Assembly (NCBI GenBank): GCA_964588985.1
Contig: CAZPQW010000010.1
Coordinates: 32,001 to 96,000 of the forward strand
DNA from: an uncultured Solirubrobacteraceae bacterium
GTDB lineage: Bacteria > Actinomycetota > Thermoleophilia > Solirubrobacterales > Solirubrobacteraceae
DNA: 64,000 nt
Direction of reading: 5' to 3'
Of this stretch, positions 19,840 to 29,496 are shown in pieces. The notes under the pieces are model-generated. The model searched no databases, was not told where the DNA came from, and saw only the letters and a program-made list of their open reading frames with translations. A program made the translations under genes and the position numbers. The first letter of the stretch is position 1; each line of letters begins with the position of its first letter.

Positions 19840-21716
19840 GCGGCGCGCCGCGCGAGCGTCCAGACGATCAGATTCTCGAACACCGCGCGTTGATCCTCGC
19901 GGCGATCGCCCTGCTCGCGATCGCTTCAGGCGGGCTTCTGCACCTGGTGGGCGAGGGCGCTGCCGGGAACGACGTGTGGCGGGCGGCGGTGGCGCTGCTG
20001 GCGTTGGAGCTCGCGTTGGAGATCGGGCACACGGTGATCGTGGAACGCCACCTCGGCGTGGACACGATCGCGCTCGTCGCGATGGTCGGCTCGCTCGCGC
20101 TCGGGCAGGAGCTCGCGGGGGTGATCGTGGGGCTGATGTTCTCCGGCGGCGCGGCGCTCGAGGACGTCGCCTCGACACGGGCGCGGCGGGAGCTGACGGC
20201 GCTGGTGCAGCGCGCGCCGAAGGTCGCGAGGCGCCGTGTGGGCGAGAGCGTCGAGGAGGTGCCGGTCGAGGAGGTGCGTACCGGCGAGGTGGTGGTGGTG
20301 AGGACGGGCGAGGTGGTGCCTGTCGACGGGACGCTCGTCGCGGGCGAGGCGGTGCTCGACACGAGCACGCTCAGCGGCGAGCCACTGCCGGTCGCGATCT
20401 CCGCGGGGACCCAGGTCCTGAGCGGCACGGCGAACGCGGGTTCGCCGTTCGAGGTGCGCGCCGACCGGCCGGCGGCCGAGAGCGCGTACGCGGCGCTCGT
20501 GCGGCTCGTGCAGCAGGCGCAGGCTCATCGTGCGCCGTTCGTGCGGATGGCGGATCGCTACGCGGGGTTCTTCCTCCCGGCGACGCTGCTCGCGGCCGCC
20601 TCGGCGTGGGCGCTGAGCGGAGACTCTGTGCGGGCGCTCGCGGTCGTCGTGGTGGCGACGCCGTGCCCGTTGATCCTCGCGGCGCCGATCGCGCTCGTGT
20701 CGGGGCTCTCGCGGGCCGCGCGCGCCGGTGTGATCGTCAAGGGGGCGGGCGCGGTGGAGACGCTCGGCCGCGCGCGCACGGTGCTGTTCGACAAGACCGG
20801 CACGCTCACGGTGGGCACACCCGAGATGCGAGAAGTCCTCCCCGGAGATGGGATGGAGCGCTCGGAGCTGCTGCGGCTCGCCGCGTCGGTCGACCAGATG
20901 TCCGCGCACGTCCTCGGCGCGGCGCTCGTCAGCGCGGCGCACGACGCGGGCATCGTCTTGAGCCCGGCCGCAGAAGTGCGCGAGGAGCCCGGCCAGGGCA
21001 TCGCGGGCTCGGTGGAGGGCCGTCGCGTCGCCGTGGGGAGTCGCTCGTTCGTGCAAGCCGCGGGCGTCCTGGAGGACGAGATCGCCTCGGCGGCCGTGAT
21101 GAGCGGCAGGGGCTCGGGGGAGGCGCGTGTATTCGTGGGCGTCGACGGTCGCCTCGGCGGTGTGATCGTGATGGCTGACGAGCTGCGCCAGGACGCCGAT
21201 CGGATCGTCGAGCGGCTGCGCGCGGAGGGGGTCCGCCACGTGGCGATGGTCTCCGGCGACCGCCGTTCGGTGGCGGAGCGAATCGGCGCGGCCCTGGGCG
21301 TGGACCGCGTGTACTCCGAGCAGTCCCCCGAGCAGAAGCTCGAGGTCGTCAGGCGCCTGCGCGCCGACCCCGATCTGTGCCCGGTGGTGATGGTGGGCGA
21401 CGGCGTCAACGACGCGCCCGCCCTCGCGCTGGCCGACGTCGGTATTGCGCTCGGCGCGGCCGGCGCGACGATCTCCTCGGAGACCGCGGACGCGGTGATC
21501 ACGGTGGACCGCATCGACCGTGTGGCGGATGCGATCCACGCCGGACGCCGCGCGCTGCACATCGCGCACCAGAGCGTGCTCGCGGGCATGGGCTTGAGTC
21601 TCGTGGCGATGGCGGTGGCCGGGTTTGGATATCTGCCGCCGGTGGCTGGCGCGCTCCTTCAGGAGGGCATCGACCTGGCCGTGATCCTCAACGCGCTGCG
21701 CGCGCTTCGGGGTTAG
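19836..21716 (+). CDS. Heavy-metal P1B-type ATPase (P1B-5-like)
   Basis: GTGA overlap; SGE; TPCP; DKTGT; GDGVND; QEGID in last TM. Confidence 0.92.
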   Translation: MSGAPRERPDDQILEHRALILAAIALLAIASGGLLHLVGEGAAGNDVWRAAVALLALELALEIGHTVIVERHLGVDTIALVAMVGSLALGQELAGVIVGLMFSGGAALEDVASTRARRELTALVQRAPKVARRRVGESVEEVPVEEVRTGEVVVVRTGEVVPVDGTLVAGEAVLDTSTLSGEPLPVAISAGTQVLSGTANAGSPFEVRADRPAAESAYAALVRLVQQAQAHRAPFVRMADRYAGFFLPATLLAAASAWALSGDSVRALAVVVVATPCPLILAAPIALVSGLSRAARAGVIVKGAGAVETLGRARTVLFDKTGTLTVGTPEMREVLPGDGMERSELLRLAASVDQMSAHVLGAALVSAAHDAGIVLSPAAEVREEPGQGIAGSVEGRRVAVGSRSFVQAAGVLEDEIASAAVMSGRGSGEARVFVGVDGRLGGVIVMADELRQDADRIVERLRAEGVRHVAMVSGDRRSVAERIGAALGVDRVYSEQSPEQKLEVVRRLRADPDLCPVVMVGDGVNDAPALALADVGIALGAAGATISSETADAVITVDRIDRVADAIHAGRRALHIAHQSVLAGMGLSLVAMAVAGFGYLPPVAGALLQEGIDLAVILNALRALRG

Positions 21717-21807
21717 CCGACGCGTCCACGCGCTCGACTTGCCGCTCAGGAATCGGGCTCGAGCGGCCGACCTATGGGCAGCAAAAGCTTCCAGGGGGTC
21801 AGCGGAC

Positions 21808-23940
21808 GTGAGCGCAACAGCGTCGAAGTCATCGATAGTGAGTCGTGCGAGCAGGCGGATCGGCCTGATCGTGCTCAGTGCGTGCATCCTGACGGTGGGC
21901 GCCAGCTCGACCGCGTCCGGCTTTCCGTCGCGCGCGTCGTTCCGGGCTCAGCGCCTGTGCGGCACGCCGCGCCCGCGCACCGCTTCGTGCCTCGGCATGA
22001 GGCTGATCTCGAAGTCGATCACGACCGCGGCGCTGCGGGCAAGCGCGCGCAGGCAGGCGGCGGAGCTCGCCGCCGGTGTGACCCCGCAGGCCGTCAACAA
22101 GACGGTCCCGGGCGGCTTCACGCCGGCGGGCCTGCACACCGCGTACTCGCTGCCGACCGAAGCTCCGGGCTCCGCTACGCAGACGGTCGCGGTGGTCGAC
22201 GCGTACAACGACCCGACCGCGGAAGCGGACCTCGCGGTGTATGACACAACTTTCGGCCTGCCCGCGTGCACGACGAAGAACGGCTGCTTTCGCAAGATCA
22301 ACGAGTCTGGGAAAGCGAGCCCGCTTCCCTCGACGCAGGGCGAATGGGCGAACGAGATATCGCTCGACGTGCAGATGGCGCACGCGATCTGCCAGAACTG
22401 CCACATCCTGCTGGTGGAGGCGAGCAGCTCGGGCTACGCCGACCTCGGCACCGCGGTGGACGCCGCGGTGAGCGCGGGAGCGACTGAGATCAGCAACTCA
22501 TACGGCGGAGCGGAGGCGTCCGGCATCGCGGCCTACAACACGCTCTACAACCACCCGGGCGTGGTCGTCACGGTCTCCTCGGGAGACTGCGGGTACTTCA
22601 ACGAAGCGTGCCACGGCACAGCGGCGGCGAACTTCCCGGCATCCTCCCCCGACGTGGTCGCGGTGGGCGGCACCTCGCTGCGCAAGACCGGGGAAACATG
22701 GGGCAGCACGGTGTGGAACGACGGCGGCAGCGGGTGCAGTCACGTGTTCACCGCCGATCTGTGGCAGAGCTCGGTGGAATCCTTCTCGGCGACGGGCTGC
22801 GGCAGCGGCCGCGCGGTGGCTGACATCTCGGCGGTGGCCGACCCGTACACCGGTGTGGATGTGTACGACACCACCCCGGCGGGCAGCGGAGCCTCGACGG
22901 GCTGGGAGGTCCTGGGCGGTACCTCGGCGGCCTCGCCGATCCTCGCCGCGGAGTTCGGGCTCGCGGCAGGCGCGCGCGGCATCAACTACCCGGCGGCGAC
23001 GCTGTTCTCGCACGCAGGCGAAGGCGGCGCTCTCTACGACGTGACGTCCGGCAGCAACGGCTCGTGCTCGGGCACGACCGCGTGCAAAGCGGCCGCGGGC
23101 TTCGACGCCCCCACCGGGGTCGGCAGCCCCGTCGGGCTGACGGCCTTCGAAGTCTCGGGCAGCCCCGCGAACACATCCGCTCCGACGGTCTCGGGAACGG
23201 CCGAACAGGCCCAGACGCTGACGGCGACCAACGGCGAATGGAGTTCCAGCCCGACCTCCTACGCCTACCAGTGGGAGCTGTGCAACAAGTCGGGCGCGAG
23301 CTGCTCGGCGATCTCGGGCGCGACATCGAAAACCCTCACGCTCCCGGCGGGCGCAATCGGGTCGACGGTCCGTGCGGTGGTGAGCGCGACCAACGCGACC
23401 GGCGGCGGGACGCCGGCGCAGTCCGCTCAGACCTCGACGGTCGAATCGAACGTGCCGCACGTCGCGAGCGTGTCGCCGACGAGCGCGATCACGGGCAGCA
23501 CGGTGACGATCACGGGCGGCGGCCTGACGGGGACGACCCTGGTGCGGTTCGGCTCGCTGTCGGCGACCTTCAAAGTGCTCTCCTCGACGCAGATCGAAGC
23601 CACCGTGCCCAGCGGCGCGGTCGCGGGCACCGTCTCGATCACCACCTCTCCCGTGAAAGCCGCCTCGAGCTCAGTCAAGTTCACGCCCTCGTTTTCGGTG
23701 ACCGGCATGTCGCCCGGCCGCGCGGCCGTGGGGGCGACGGTGACGATCAAAGGGGTCGGGTTCACGCCCAGCTCCGCTGTGAGCTTCAAAGGCACAGCGG
23801 CGACGAGCGTGACCTACGTCTCGGCGACCTCGCTCAAGGCGGTCGTGCCCTCGGGCGCGAGCACGGGGCTGATCACCGTGACGAACAGCGCGGCGCCCGT
23901 CGGGGCAGTGACGAGCGCCGGCAGTTTCGTCGTTGCTTAG
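21808..23940 (+). CDS. Secreted S53/S8-like serine protease with C-terminal Ig-like/IPT domains
   Basis: EISLD (ExxxD); SSGD; GGTSAASP; FDAPTGVGSP; two IPT/TIG-like repeats. Start uncertain (21739 or 21808). Confidence 0.85.
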   Translation: MSATASKSSIVSRASRRIGLIVLSACILTVGASSTASGFPSRASFRAQRLCGTPRPRTASCLGMRLISKSITTAALRASARRQAAELAAGVTPQAVNKTVPGGFTPAGLHTAYSLPTEAPGSATQTVAVVDAYNDPTAEADLAVYDTTFGLPACTTKNGCFRKINESGKASPLPSTQGEWANEISLDVQMAHAICQNCHILLVEASSSGYADLGTAVDAAVSAGATEISNSYGGAEASGIAAYNTLYNHPGVVVTVSSGDCGYFNEACHGTAAANFPASSPDVVAVGGTSLRKTGETWGSTVWNDGGSGCSHVFTADLWQSSVESFSATGCGSGRAVADISAVADPYTGVDVYDTTPAGSGASTGWEVLGGTSAASPILAAEFGLAAGARGINYPAATLFSHAGEGGALYDVTSGSNGSCSGTTACKAAAGFDAPTGVGSPVGLTAFEVSGSPANTSAPTVSGTAEQAQTLTATNGEWSSSPTSYAYQWELCNKSGASCSAISGATSKTLTLPAGAIGSTVRAVVSATNATGGGTPAQSAQTSTVESNVPHVASVSPTSAITGSTVTITGGGLTGTTLVRFGSLSATFKVLSSTQIEATVPSGAVAGTVSITTSPVKAASSSVKFTPSFSVTGMSPGRAAVGATVTIKGVGFTPSSAVSFKGTAATSVTYVSATSLKAVVPSGASTGLITVTNSAAPVGAVTSAGSFVVA

Positions 23941-23955
23941 AACCTGTTTCTTAGC

Positions 23956-24510
23956 CTATTTCCATTCGAGCGTGCCGCCTCCGATGAGCCCGACCAGGGC
24001 ATCGCCCGAGAGAGTGCCGTTGCTTTCTTCGGCGTAGGTGCACGCGGCTCCGGTGCCCGAGGAGTCGACGTGCTTGAGTTCCGCGACTTTTTCTATCTGT
24101 TTGTTGGTGTTCTTGTATTTGATCGTGAACAGGTTCTGATTTTTGGCTGAGGGGAAGGTGACCTGACACGCGGTCACTTTGACCGTCACTGTCTTGAGCA
24201 GGCTGACCCCGCCTTCGGCGGTGGACCTTACGTTGACCGGGCTGACGGTGGCAAGCAGGCCAAAGGCTTTGCAGTTTTCAAACTTGATCGTGGAGGTGAT
24301 GGTGGCGGATTTGGTGGTGGTGACTTCACCGGCTAAGAGCGATGCGCCGGCGCATTCGGAGGTGCCGGCCGCACTGGTGAACACTGTGCTGCGAAGCACT
24401 TTGATGGTGGTTTTGCCGGTCGTGCTGGCCACGAATTCGTGAGCGCTGGCCGAGGCGCCGCCGGCGATCAGGAAGAGAAACAGCAGGGGGGTGGCTATGG
24501 TTCGCTTCAT
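23956..24510 (-). CDS. Secreted beta-rich hypothetical protein
   Basis: GGAG RBS; signal peptide ending ASA; four Cys; Lys/Thr-rich; visibly lower GC. Confidence 0.75.
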   Translation of the reverse strand: MKRTIATPLLFLFLIAGGASASAHEFVASTTGKTTIKVLRSTVFTSAAGTSECAGASLLAGEVTTTKSATITSTIKFENCKAFGLLATVSPVNVRSTAEGGVSLLKTVTVKVTACQVTFPSAKNQNLFTIKYKNTNKQIEKVAELKHVDSSGTGAACTYAEESNGTLSGDALVGLIGGGTLEWK

Positions 24511-24707
24511 TGCGTGCAGCTCCAGATGGTCGGGGGTCGTTTGAGCGTCGAGCGGGCTCCGGGGGTGGGGGTTTGTTGGAGTTGGCTGGGCTGTCCAACG
24601 GGGCTGCGGCGAGCGTACAAGATCGATGTTGACGTGATGTCAACTAGCAGCAGAAGACGGCTTGGTGCCTGTAAATCAGGCTCAGGAGTCTGGGTGAATG
24701 TCTTTGA

Positions 24708-26783
24708 CTATCGGGGCGAGTAACCGGGGATGAGCCACTTCGGCCGCCACCAGTTCCAATGACCCAAGAGCGCCATCAAGCTGGGTACCAGCAGCGCACG
24801 GACGATCGTGGCGTCGAGTGCGACGGCGAACACCATGCCGAGGGCGGCTTCTTTTACGAACAGCGTGGTGGCGGTGCCCAGCGCGCCTACCGTGACGCAG
24901 AACAGCAACGCCGCGGAGGTGATGATCCGCCCTGTTCTCTCGAGCCCCTGTGCGACGGCGTCTCGGTTGGACAGCCCCGCGTCGCGCGCCTCCTTGATGC
25001 GCATGAGCAGGAAGACGCCATAGTCGGTGGACAGCCCGAATGTCCCGGCGCCGAGGAGGATCGGCTGCGTGAGGACCAGCGCGCCGATGCCGCGGTACCC
25101 GAGGATGCCCTGGAGGCGACCGTCCTGGAAGATGAACACGAGCAGGCCGAGCGCCGCCGAGAGCGATAGAGCGTTCATGAGCACCGCCTTGACGGGCAGG
25201 ACGACGGAGCCGGTGGCGAGGAAGAGGATGAGCAGGGTGGTGAGGAGCAGGATTGCCATCGCGAGGGGCAGGTGCGACCGCAGCGATGAGGCGGTGTCTA
25301 TGTAGTTCGCCGTCGAGCCGGTGACTGCGAGGTGGTAGGGGCTGGCGCGTATGGCGCGCACGAGGCGTTGCGACGCGGAGGAGAACGGCGCATGTATCTC
25401 CTTGATGTTGAACGTCCAGAGCGTGGCGGTGAGGTGGTTGGTCTGCCCGAGCGCGATGTTCGCCAGCTTCTCCATGTAGGGCATCACGACCTTGGTGATC
25501 TTGTGGGAGTCGCCGTGCGCGACGACGATGACTTCGTCGAGCAGGGGCTGGTCGAACTCGGCTCTTATGCGATCGTCGAACTGGCGCGCGCTGGTGCTCG
25601 ACGGCAGCGAGACCGAGCCCAGTCCGGTGAAGCGCACGTCCAGGAGCGGGGAGCCCATCGTCAGCAGCGCGCACGAGGCGAGGAGCGCTACCGAGAGCGG
25701 ATGTGCCATGACAAAGCGCGCGAGGCGATGCCATGAGCCACGTCGTGTGGGTGGTGCTGACTCGCTCGTGGGTGTCCGCCGGCGTCGAAGCCCGAGTGAG
25801 TTGACGCGGTGGCCCAGAAGCGAGAACGCGGCCGGGAGGACCACGAGCGACACGGCTCCCGAGAGCAGCGCGGCGAGGACGCCGCCGACGGCGAGTGAGC
25901 GGAGGAAGTCGATGGGGAAGACCAGGGGGGAAGCGAAGGCCGCGGCGATCGTGAGAGAGCTGACCACCACGGTTCGGCCGGCCGTTCTGACGCTCGTCGC
26001 GACTGCGTCGGAGGGGCTGAAGCCAAGGGCGAGCTCTTCGCGATAGCGGGAGACGAGCAGCAGGCTGTAGTCGAGCGAGAGCCCGACGGTGAGACCGGCG
26101 ACGAGGTCGAGCGCCAGGATCGAGATCGGATGGATCGCGGCGACGATCCGCAGGCCGAGCATCGCCAGGCTGAGAGCCAATCCTCCGGTGATGACGGGCA
26201 GGGCGGCCGCGAGCACGCCGCGGAAGATCACGAGGGCGAGGAGCAGGATGAGCGGCAGGGCGACGAGCTCGGCTCTGAGCAGGTCGCGCTTCGCCTGCGA
26301 GGTGAACTCCTGATGGATGAGGGCGCTGCCGCCGACGGCGACGCCCGCGAACCGGTGGAGGCGGTGCGCGAGCTGGACGGCTGTCTCGCCGGCGTTCGAT
26401 TCACTGCGCAGATAGCCGATCAGCGCGGTGTAGCGGCCGTTGCGCGACTGGAACGTGCGGGGGACGACGATCGCGACAGATTGCATCGCGGCGATCGCTT
26501 CGGAGGTGTAGGGGCGGTTGAGCGGGATGATCGCCTCGATGTTGGGAAAGGCGGTCGGTCCGATGGTGGATTTGAGGAGTTCGGCTGTGCGGTAGCTCTC
26601 GGTGCCCCGGCTGTAGAATTCGATGCCGCCGCTGGAGAGGTGGTCGGGGGTGCGGGCGCCGACGACGGCCGCGAATACGCCGAGCAGGGCGACGGCGATC
26701 AGCGTGCGAATTGGCGCGCGTATGCCGACGCTGACGAGCCTGTTGGGCGGCTTGCGCGGACGCGTGGCGATGGCGGTGTCCAC
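24708..26783 (-). CDS. MMPL/RND family transporter
   Basis: About 12 TMs; LSLDYSLL..SRYREE; LSTDYGVF; DATIVR. Confidence 0.9.
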   Translation of the reverse strand: MDTAIATRPRKPPNRLVSVGIRAPIRTLIAVALLGVFAAVVGARTPDHLSSGGIEFYSRGTESYRTAELLKSTIGPTAFPNIEAIIPLNRPYTSEAIAAMQSVAIVVPRTFQSRNGRYTALIGYLRSESNAGETAVQLAHRLHRFAGVAVGGSALIHQEFTSQAKRDLLRAELVALPLILLLALVIFRGVLAAALPVITGGLALSLAMLGLRIVAAIHPISILALDLVAGLTVGLSLDYSLLLVSRYREELALGFSPSDAVATSVRTAGRTVVVSSLTIAAAFASPLVFPIDFLRSLAVGGVLAALLSGAVSLVVLPAAFSLLGHRVNSLGLRRRRTPTSESAPPTRRGSWHRLARFVMAHPLSVALLASCALLTMGSPLLDVRFTGLGSVSLPSSTSARQFDDRIRAEFDQPLLDEVIVVAHGDSHKITKVVMPYMEKLANIALGQTNHLTATLWTFNIKEIHAPFSSASQRLVRAIRASPYHLAVTGSTANYIDTASSLRSHLPLAMAILLLTTLLILFLATGSVVLPVKAVLMNALSLSAALGLLVFIFQDGRLQGILGYRGIGALVLTQPILLGAGTFGLSTDYGVFLLMRIKEARDAGLSNRDAVAQGLERTGRIITSAALLFCVTVGALGTATTLFVKEAALGMVFAVALDATIVRALLVPSLMALLGHWNWWRPKWLIPGYSPR

Positions 26784-26895
26784 AGCGGGCGAGGCACTCT
26801 AGGTCGGTCGGTTGGCGGCGTCAAAGGCCACCGAGCTGCTCGTGGAGAAAGGCTGGTCTCCGGGCTGGCGCGTCGATCAGAGTGTTTCTGGCACG

Positions 26896-28230
26896 TCAAC
26901 CGCCCAGCGCGAACAGCGGCCACTTCCCGGGCACGCCCTTCAGCTCGCGGTAGCCGCGGTCCTCGAACGTGAACGGCCCGCCGACGACGGTGCCGAACAC
27001 GGTGCCCGACACGAGCACCTCGCCGGGGCCGGCAAGCCCGTTGACCCGCGAGGCGATGTGTACGGCCATGCCGCCGACGTCGTCGCCGATTAGCTCGCAC
27101 TCGCCGGTGTGCACGCCGACGCGCTCCTCGATGTCGAGCTCGCGCGCGGCGGCTGTGATCGCCAGAGCGCAGCGCAGCGCCCGCGAGGGCGGCCCTTCGA
27201 AGGTGACGAGGAAGCCGTCGCCGACGGTCTTGACCTCCCGGCCGCCGAAGCGGGCGAGCTGGGCGCGCACCTTCGCGTCGTGTTGGGCGAGCAGGTCGCG
27301 CCAGCGGCTGTCGCCGAGCCTGGCGGCGCGCGCGGTGGCGTCGACGATGTCGGTGAACATGACGGTGAGCAGCGCCCGCGCGAGCTCTCCGCCGCTGCGG
27401 TCGCCGGTGAGGAACTCCTCGATCTCCTCGACGATGGCGTCGGAGTCGCCGACGAACGGGAACGAGTCCTGGCCGGCGAGCTCGACGTAGCGGGCGCCGG
27501 GGACGTGCTCGGCGAGGTAGCGGGAGTGGCGCACGTCCCAGGCTTTGTCGTCGCGGCGGTGCATGACGAGCGTGGGGACGCGGATCCGCGGGAGCGACTC
27601 GCGGACGTCCTCGTTCATGACGGACTTGGTGATGAGCCGCGCCTCGGCGGGACTGGCGGAGAGGCGCTGGACGCGCGCGAACCACTCGCCGAGCGCGGGG
27701 TCGCCGGCCATGGACGGCGCGAGGATCTCGAGCATCGGGCTGTCGGCCTCGCCCCAGCCGGCGAAGTTGCGCTCGGAGAGCAGGCCGCGCTCCTCGTGCG
27801 TGAGCGCCCAGTCGTAGTCGGGCGCCCAGGAGGTGCGCGACACGGACGCGTACATGATGAGCGCGCCGACGCGCTCGGGGCACTCGGCGGCGAGCCACGC
27901 GCCGACGAGCCCGCCGAGGGCGTAGGTGAAGAGGGCGGCGCGTTCGCTGCCGGCGGCGTCGAGCACGGCGAGTGCGTCCTGGGCGTCCTGCTCTACGGTC
28001 TGCTCGCCCTGCAGTCGGTCGGAGAGCCCGGTGCCGCGCCTGTCGAACAGGATGAGGCGGTTGAAGACCGCGAGGCGCTCGAGGAAGCGCCGCATCGCGG
28101 GGGCGTCCCACAGCTGCTCGATCTGGGAGATCCAGCCGGGCAGGAACAGCAGATCGAGGGCGCCTTCGCCTGTGACCTGGTAGGCGATGGAGGCGTCGCC
28201 GGAGCGGGCGTAGCGGGTGGTGGGGATCAC
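26896..28230 (-). CDS. Alpha/beta-hydrolase + class III adenylate cyclase (LipJ/Rv1900c-like)
   Basis: FDRRGTGLSD; FTDIVDAT; VKTVGDG; GVHTGE; HIASR. Confidence 0.9.
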   Translation of the reverse strand: MIPTTRYARSGDASIAYQVTGEGALDLLFLPGWISQIEQLWDAPAMRRFLERLAVFNRLILFDRRGTGLSDRLQGEQTVEQDAQDALAVLDAAGSERAALFTYALGGLVGAWLAAECPERVGALIMYASVSRTSWAPDYDWALTHEERGLLSERNFAGWGEADSPMLEILAPSMAGDPALGEWFARVQRLSASPAEARLITKSVMNEDVRESLPRIRVPTLVMHRRDDKAWDVRHSRYLAEHVPGARYVELAGQDSFPFVGDSDAIVEEIEEFLTGDRSGGELARALLTVMFTDIVDATARAARLGDSRWRDLLAQHDAKVRAQLARFGGREVKTVGDGFLVTFEGPPSRALRCALAITAAARELDIEERVGVHTGECELIGDDVGGMAVHIASRVNGLAGPGEVLVSGTVFGTVVGGPFTFEDRGYRELKGVPGKWPLFALGG

Positions 28231-28231
28231 G

Positions 28232-28606
28232 TCACTCGTCTTCGATCAGCGACCGGAACGGCGCGGCGGGCTCGACGGTCCCGCCGGCGGCGTGGACGCG
28301 ATCGGAGAGCCATAAGTCGGAGGTGACGACGCGGATCGCGCCGGGCTCTGAGTCCTCGGCGAGCAGGCGCACGATCTCGTCGTCGGCGGAGTCGCGGCGC
28401 GGGCGCGGGGCGTGGGCGACGATGATGACGCTGGAGCGGATCGGTGGCCTGGGGGGCTGCTCGAAGACGACGGTGACGTCCTCGCCGTTGACGGCGGCCC
28501 AGCGCTCGAGCATGTCGACGAGCTTCACCATGGCGGCGTGCCTGTCCTTCCACCACGCGTCGGGACGCGTTCCGATCACGTTCATCCCGTCGATGAGCCA
28601 GCGCAC
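28232..28606 (-). CDS. NYN/YacP-like PIN-fold ribonuclease
   Basis: IDGMNV; VVFE; SADDEI; VVTSD. Start set at GTG 28606 behind TAGGCT. Confidence 0.8.
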   Translation of the reverse strand: MRWLIDGMNVIGTRPDAWWKDRHAAMVKLVDMLERWAAVNGEDVTVVFEQPPRPPIRSSVIIVAHAPRPRRDSADDEIVRLLAEDSEPGAIRVVTSDLWLSDRVHAAGGTVEPAAPFRSLIEDE

Positions 28607-28673
28607 TGCGGCCAAGCCTACGTTCTCGCCGCCGCGATCGCGTTGACAGCTGGATCTGCTGGACTGATGTCAG

Positions 28674-28916
28674 ATGAGGCTCGAGGGCATCCAGACCGGA
28701 GACATCGTGGAGGTCGACCACAAAGGCCGTCGCTTCCACGCGATCGTGACGGGGCCGGCGCCGGGTGGTCTGGCGCTGCAGCCGACCGATCGGCGCGTCA
28801 ACTACTACTCGTGCCGCAGCCGCGAGGTGGTGGGCCACTGGGCCAAGCGCGGTCGTCCGCGTGAGACGAGCGAGCCGCTGCGGCCGTCGCCGCGTCAGCT
28901 GGAGATGGACCTGTAG
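28674..28916 (+). CDS. Small hypothetical protein (SH3/KOW-like)
   Basis: GDIVEV..KGR; codon usage typical of the window. Confidence 0.6.
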   Translation: MRLEGIQTGDIVEVDHKGRRFHAIVTGPAPGGLALQPTDRRVNYYSCRSREVVGHWAKRGRPRETSEPLRPSPRQLEMDL

Positions 28917-29482
28917 GCGTCGGCGGCGTCTTGGAGGCGGTCATCGCCCCAGAACAGCTCCCCGTCGACGATCACGGTCGGCACCCCGAACACGCCGTGT
29001 GCGAGCGCGGCGTCGGTCTCCTCGCGCAGCGCGTGCTTGACGGCGGGGTCCTTGAGCGCCCCCTGTAGCTCAGAGGGTTCGATCCCGACGCGGCTGCCGG
29101 CCTCGAGCACTGAGTCGAGCTCGCCGATGTTCCGGCCCTCGAGGAAGGAGAGGCGCATCGCGCTGAGCGCGAACGGCTTGAGCAGGTCTCGCGTGTTGGC
29201 GTAGGCCATGGCGCGCGCTACGAGCAGGTCGTTGGTGGGCCACGGATCCGGCCAGCGGATCGGCCCGAGCCCATATGTCTCCGCGCGCGCGTCGCAGTCG
29301 GCGATGCCGGCGTCGCGCTCCTCGGTCAGCCCCCAGGAGACGCGCCGGTTGGACTTGAACATGCCGCCGAGGAATATCCCGTGCCAGCTCGCCTCGGGCA
29401 GCAGCCGCTCGATGCGCTCGGCGGAGAACCACGAGTAGGGGGACATCGCGCCGAAGAAGAACCGAGGCCTCTGCACAGCCAT
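28895..29482 (-). CDS. DsbA-like 2-hydroxychromene-2-carboxylate isomerase family protein
   Basis: SPYSW; GVFGVPT; FWGDDRL. Start at ATG 29482. Confidence 0.88.
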   Translation of the reverse strand: MAVQRPRFFFGAMSPYSWFSAERIERLLPEASWHGIFLGGMFKSNRRVSWGLTEERDAGIADCDARAETYGLGPIRWPDPWPTNDLLVARAMAYANTRDLLKPFALSAMRLSFLEGRNIGELDSVLEAGSRVGIEPSELQGALKDPAVKHALREETDAALAHGVFGVPTVIVDGELFWGDDRLQDAADAYRSISS

Positions 29483-29496
29483 CTCTCTAAATGATT

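Noticed and set aside
17908-21887. Very long antisense/alternate-frame ORFs (for example 17908..20178 -, 19926..21887 -, and many others in the track)
   Set aside because: Arg/Ala/Pro-rich shadows of well-supported genes, expected at about 70% GC; no motifs.
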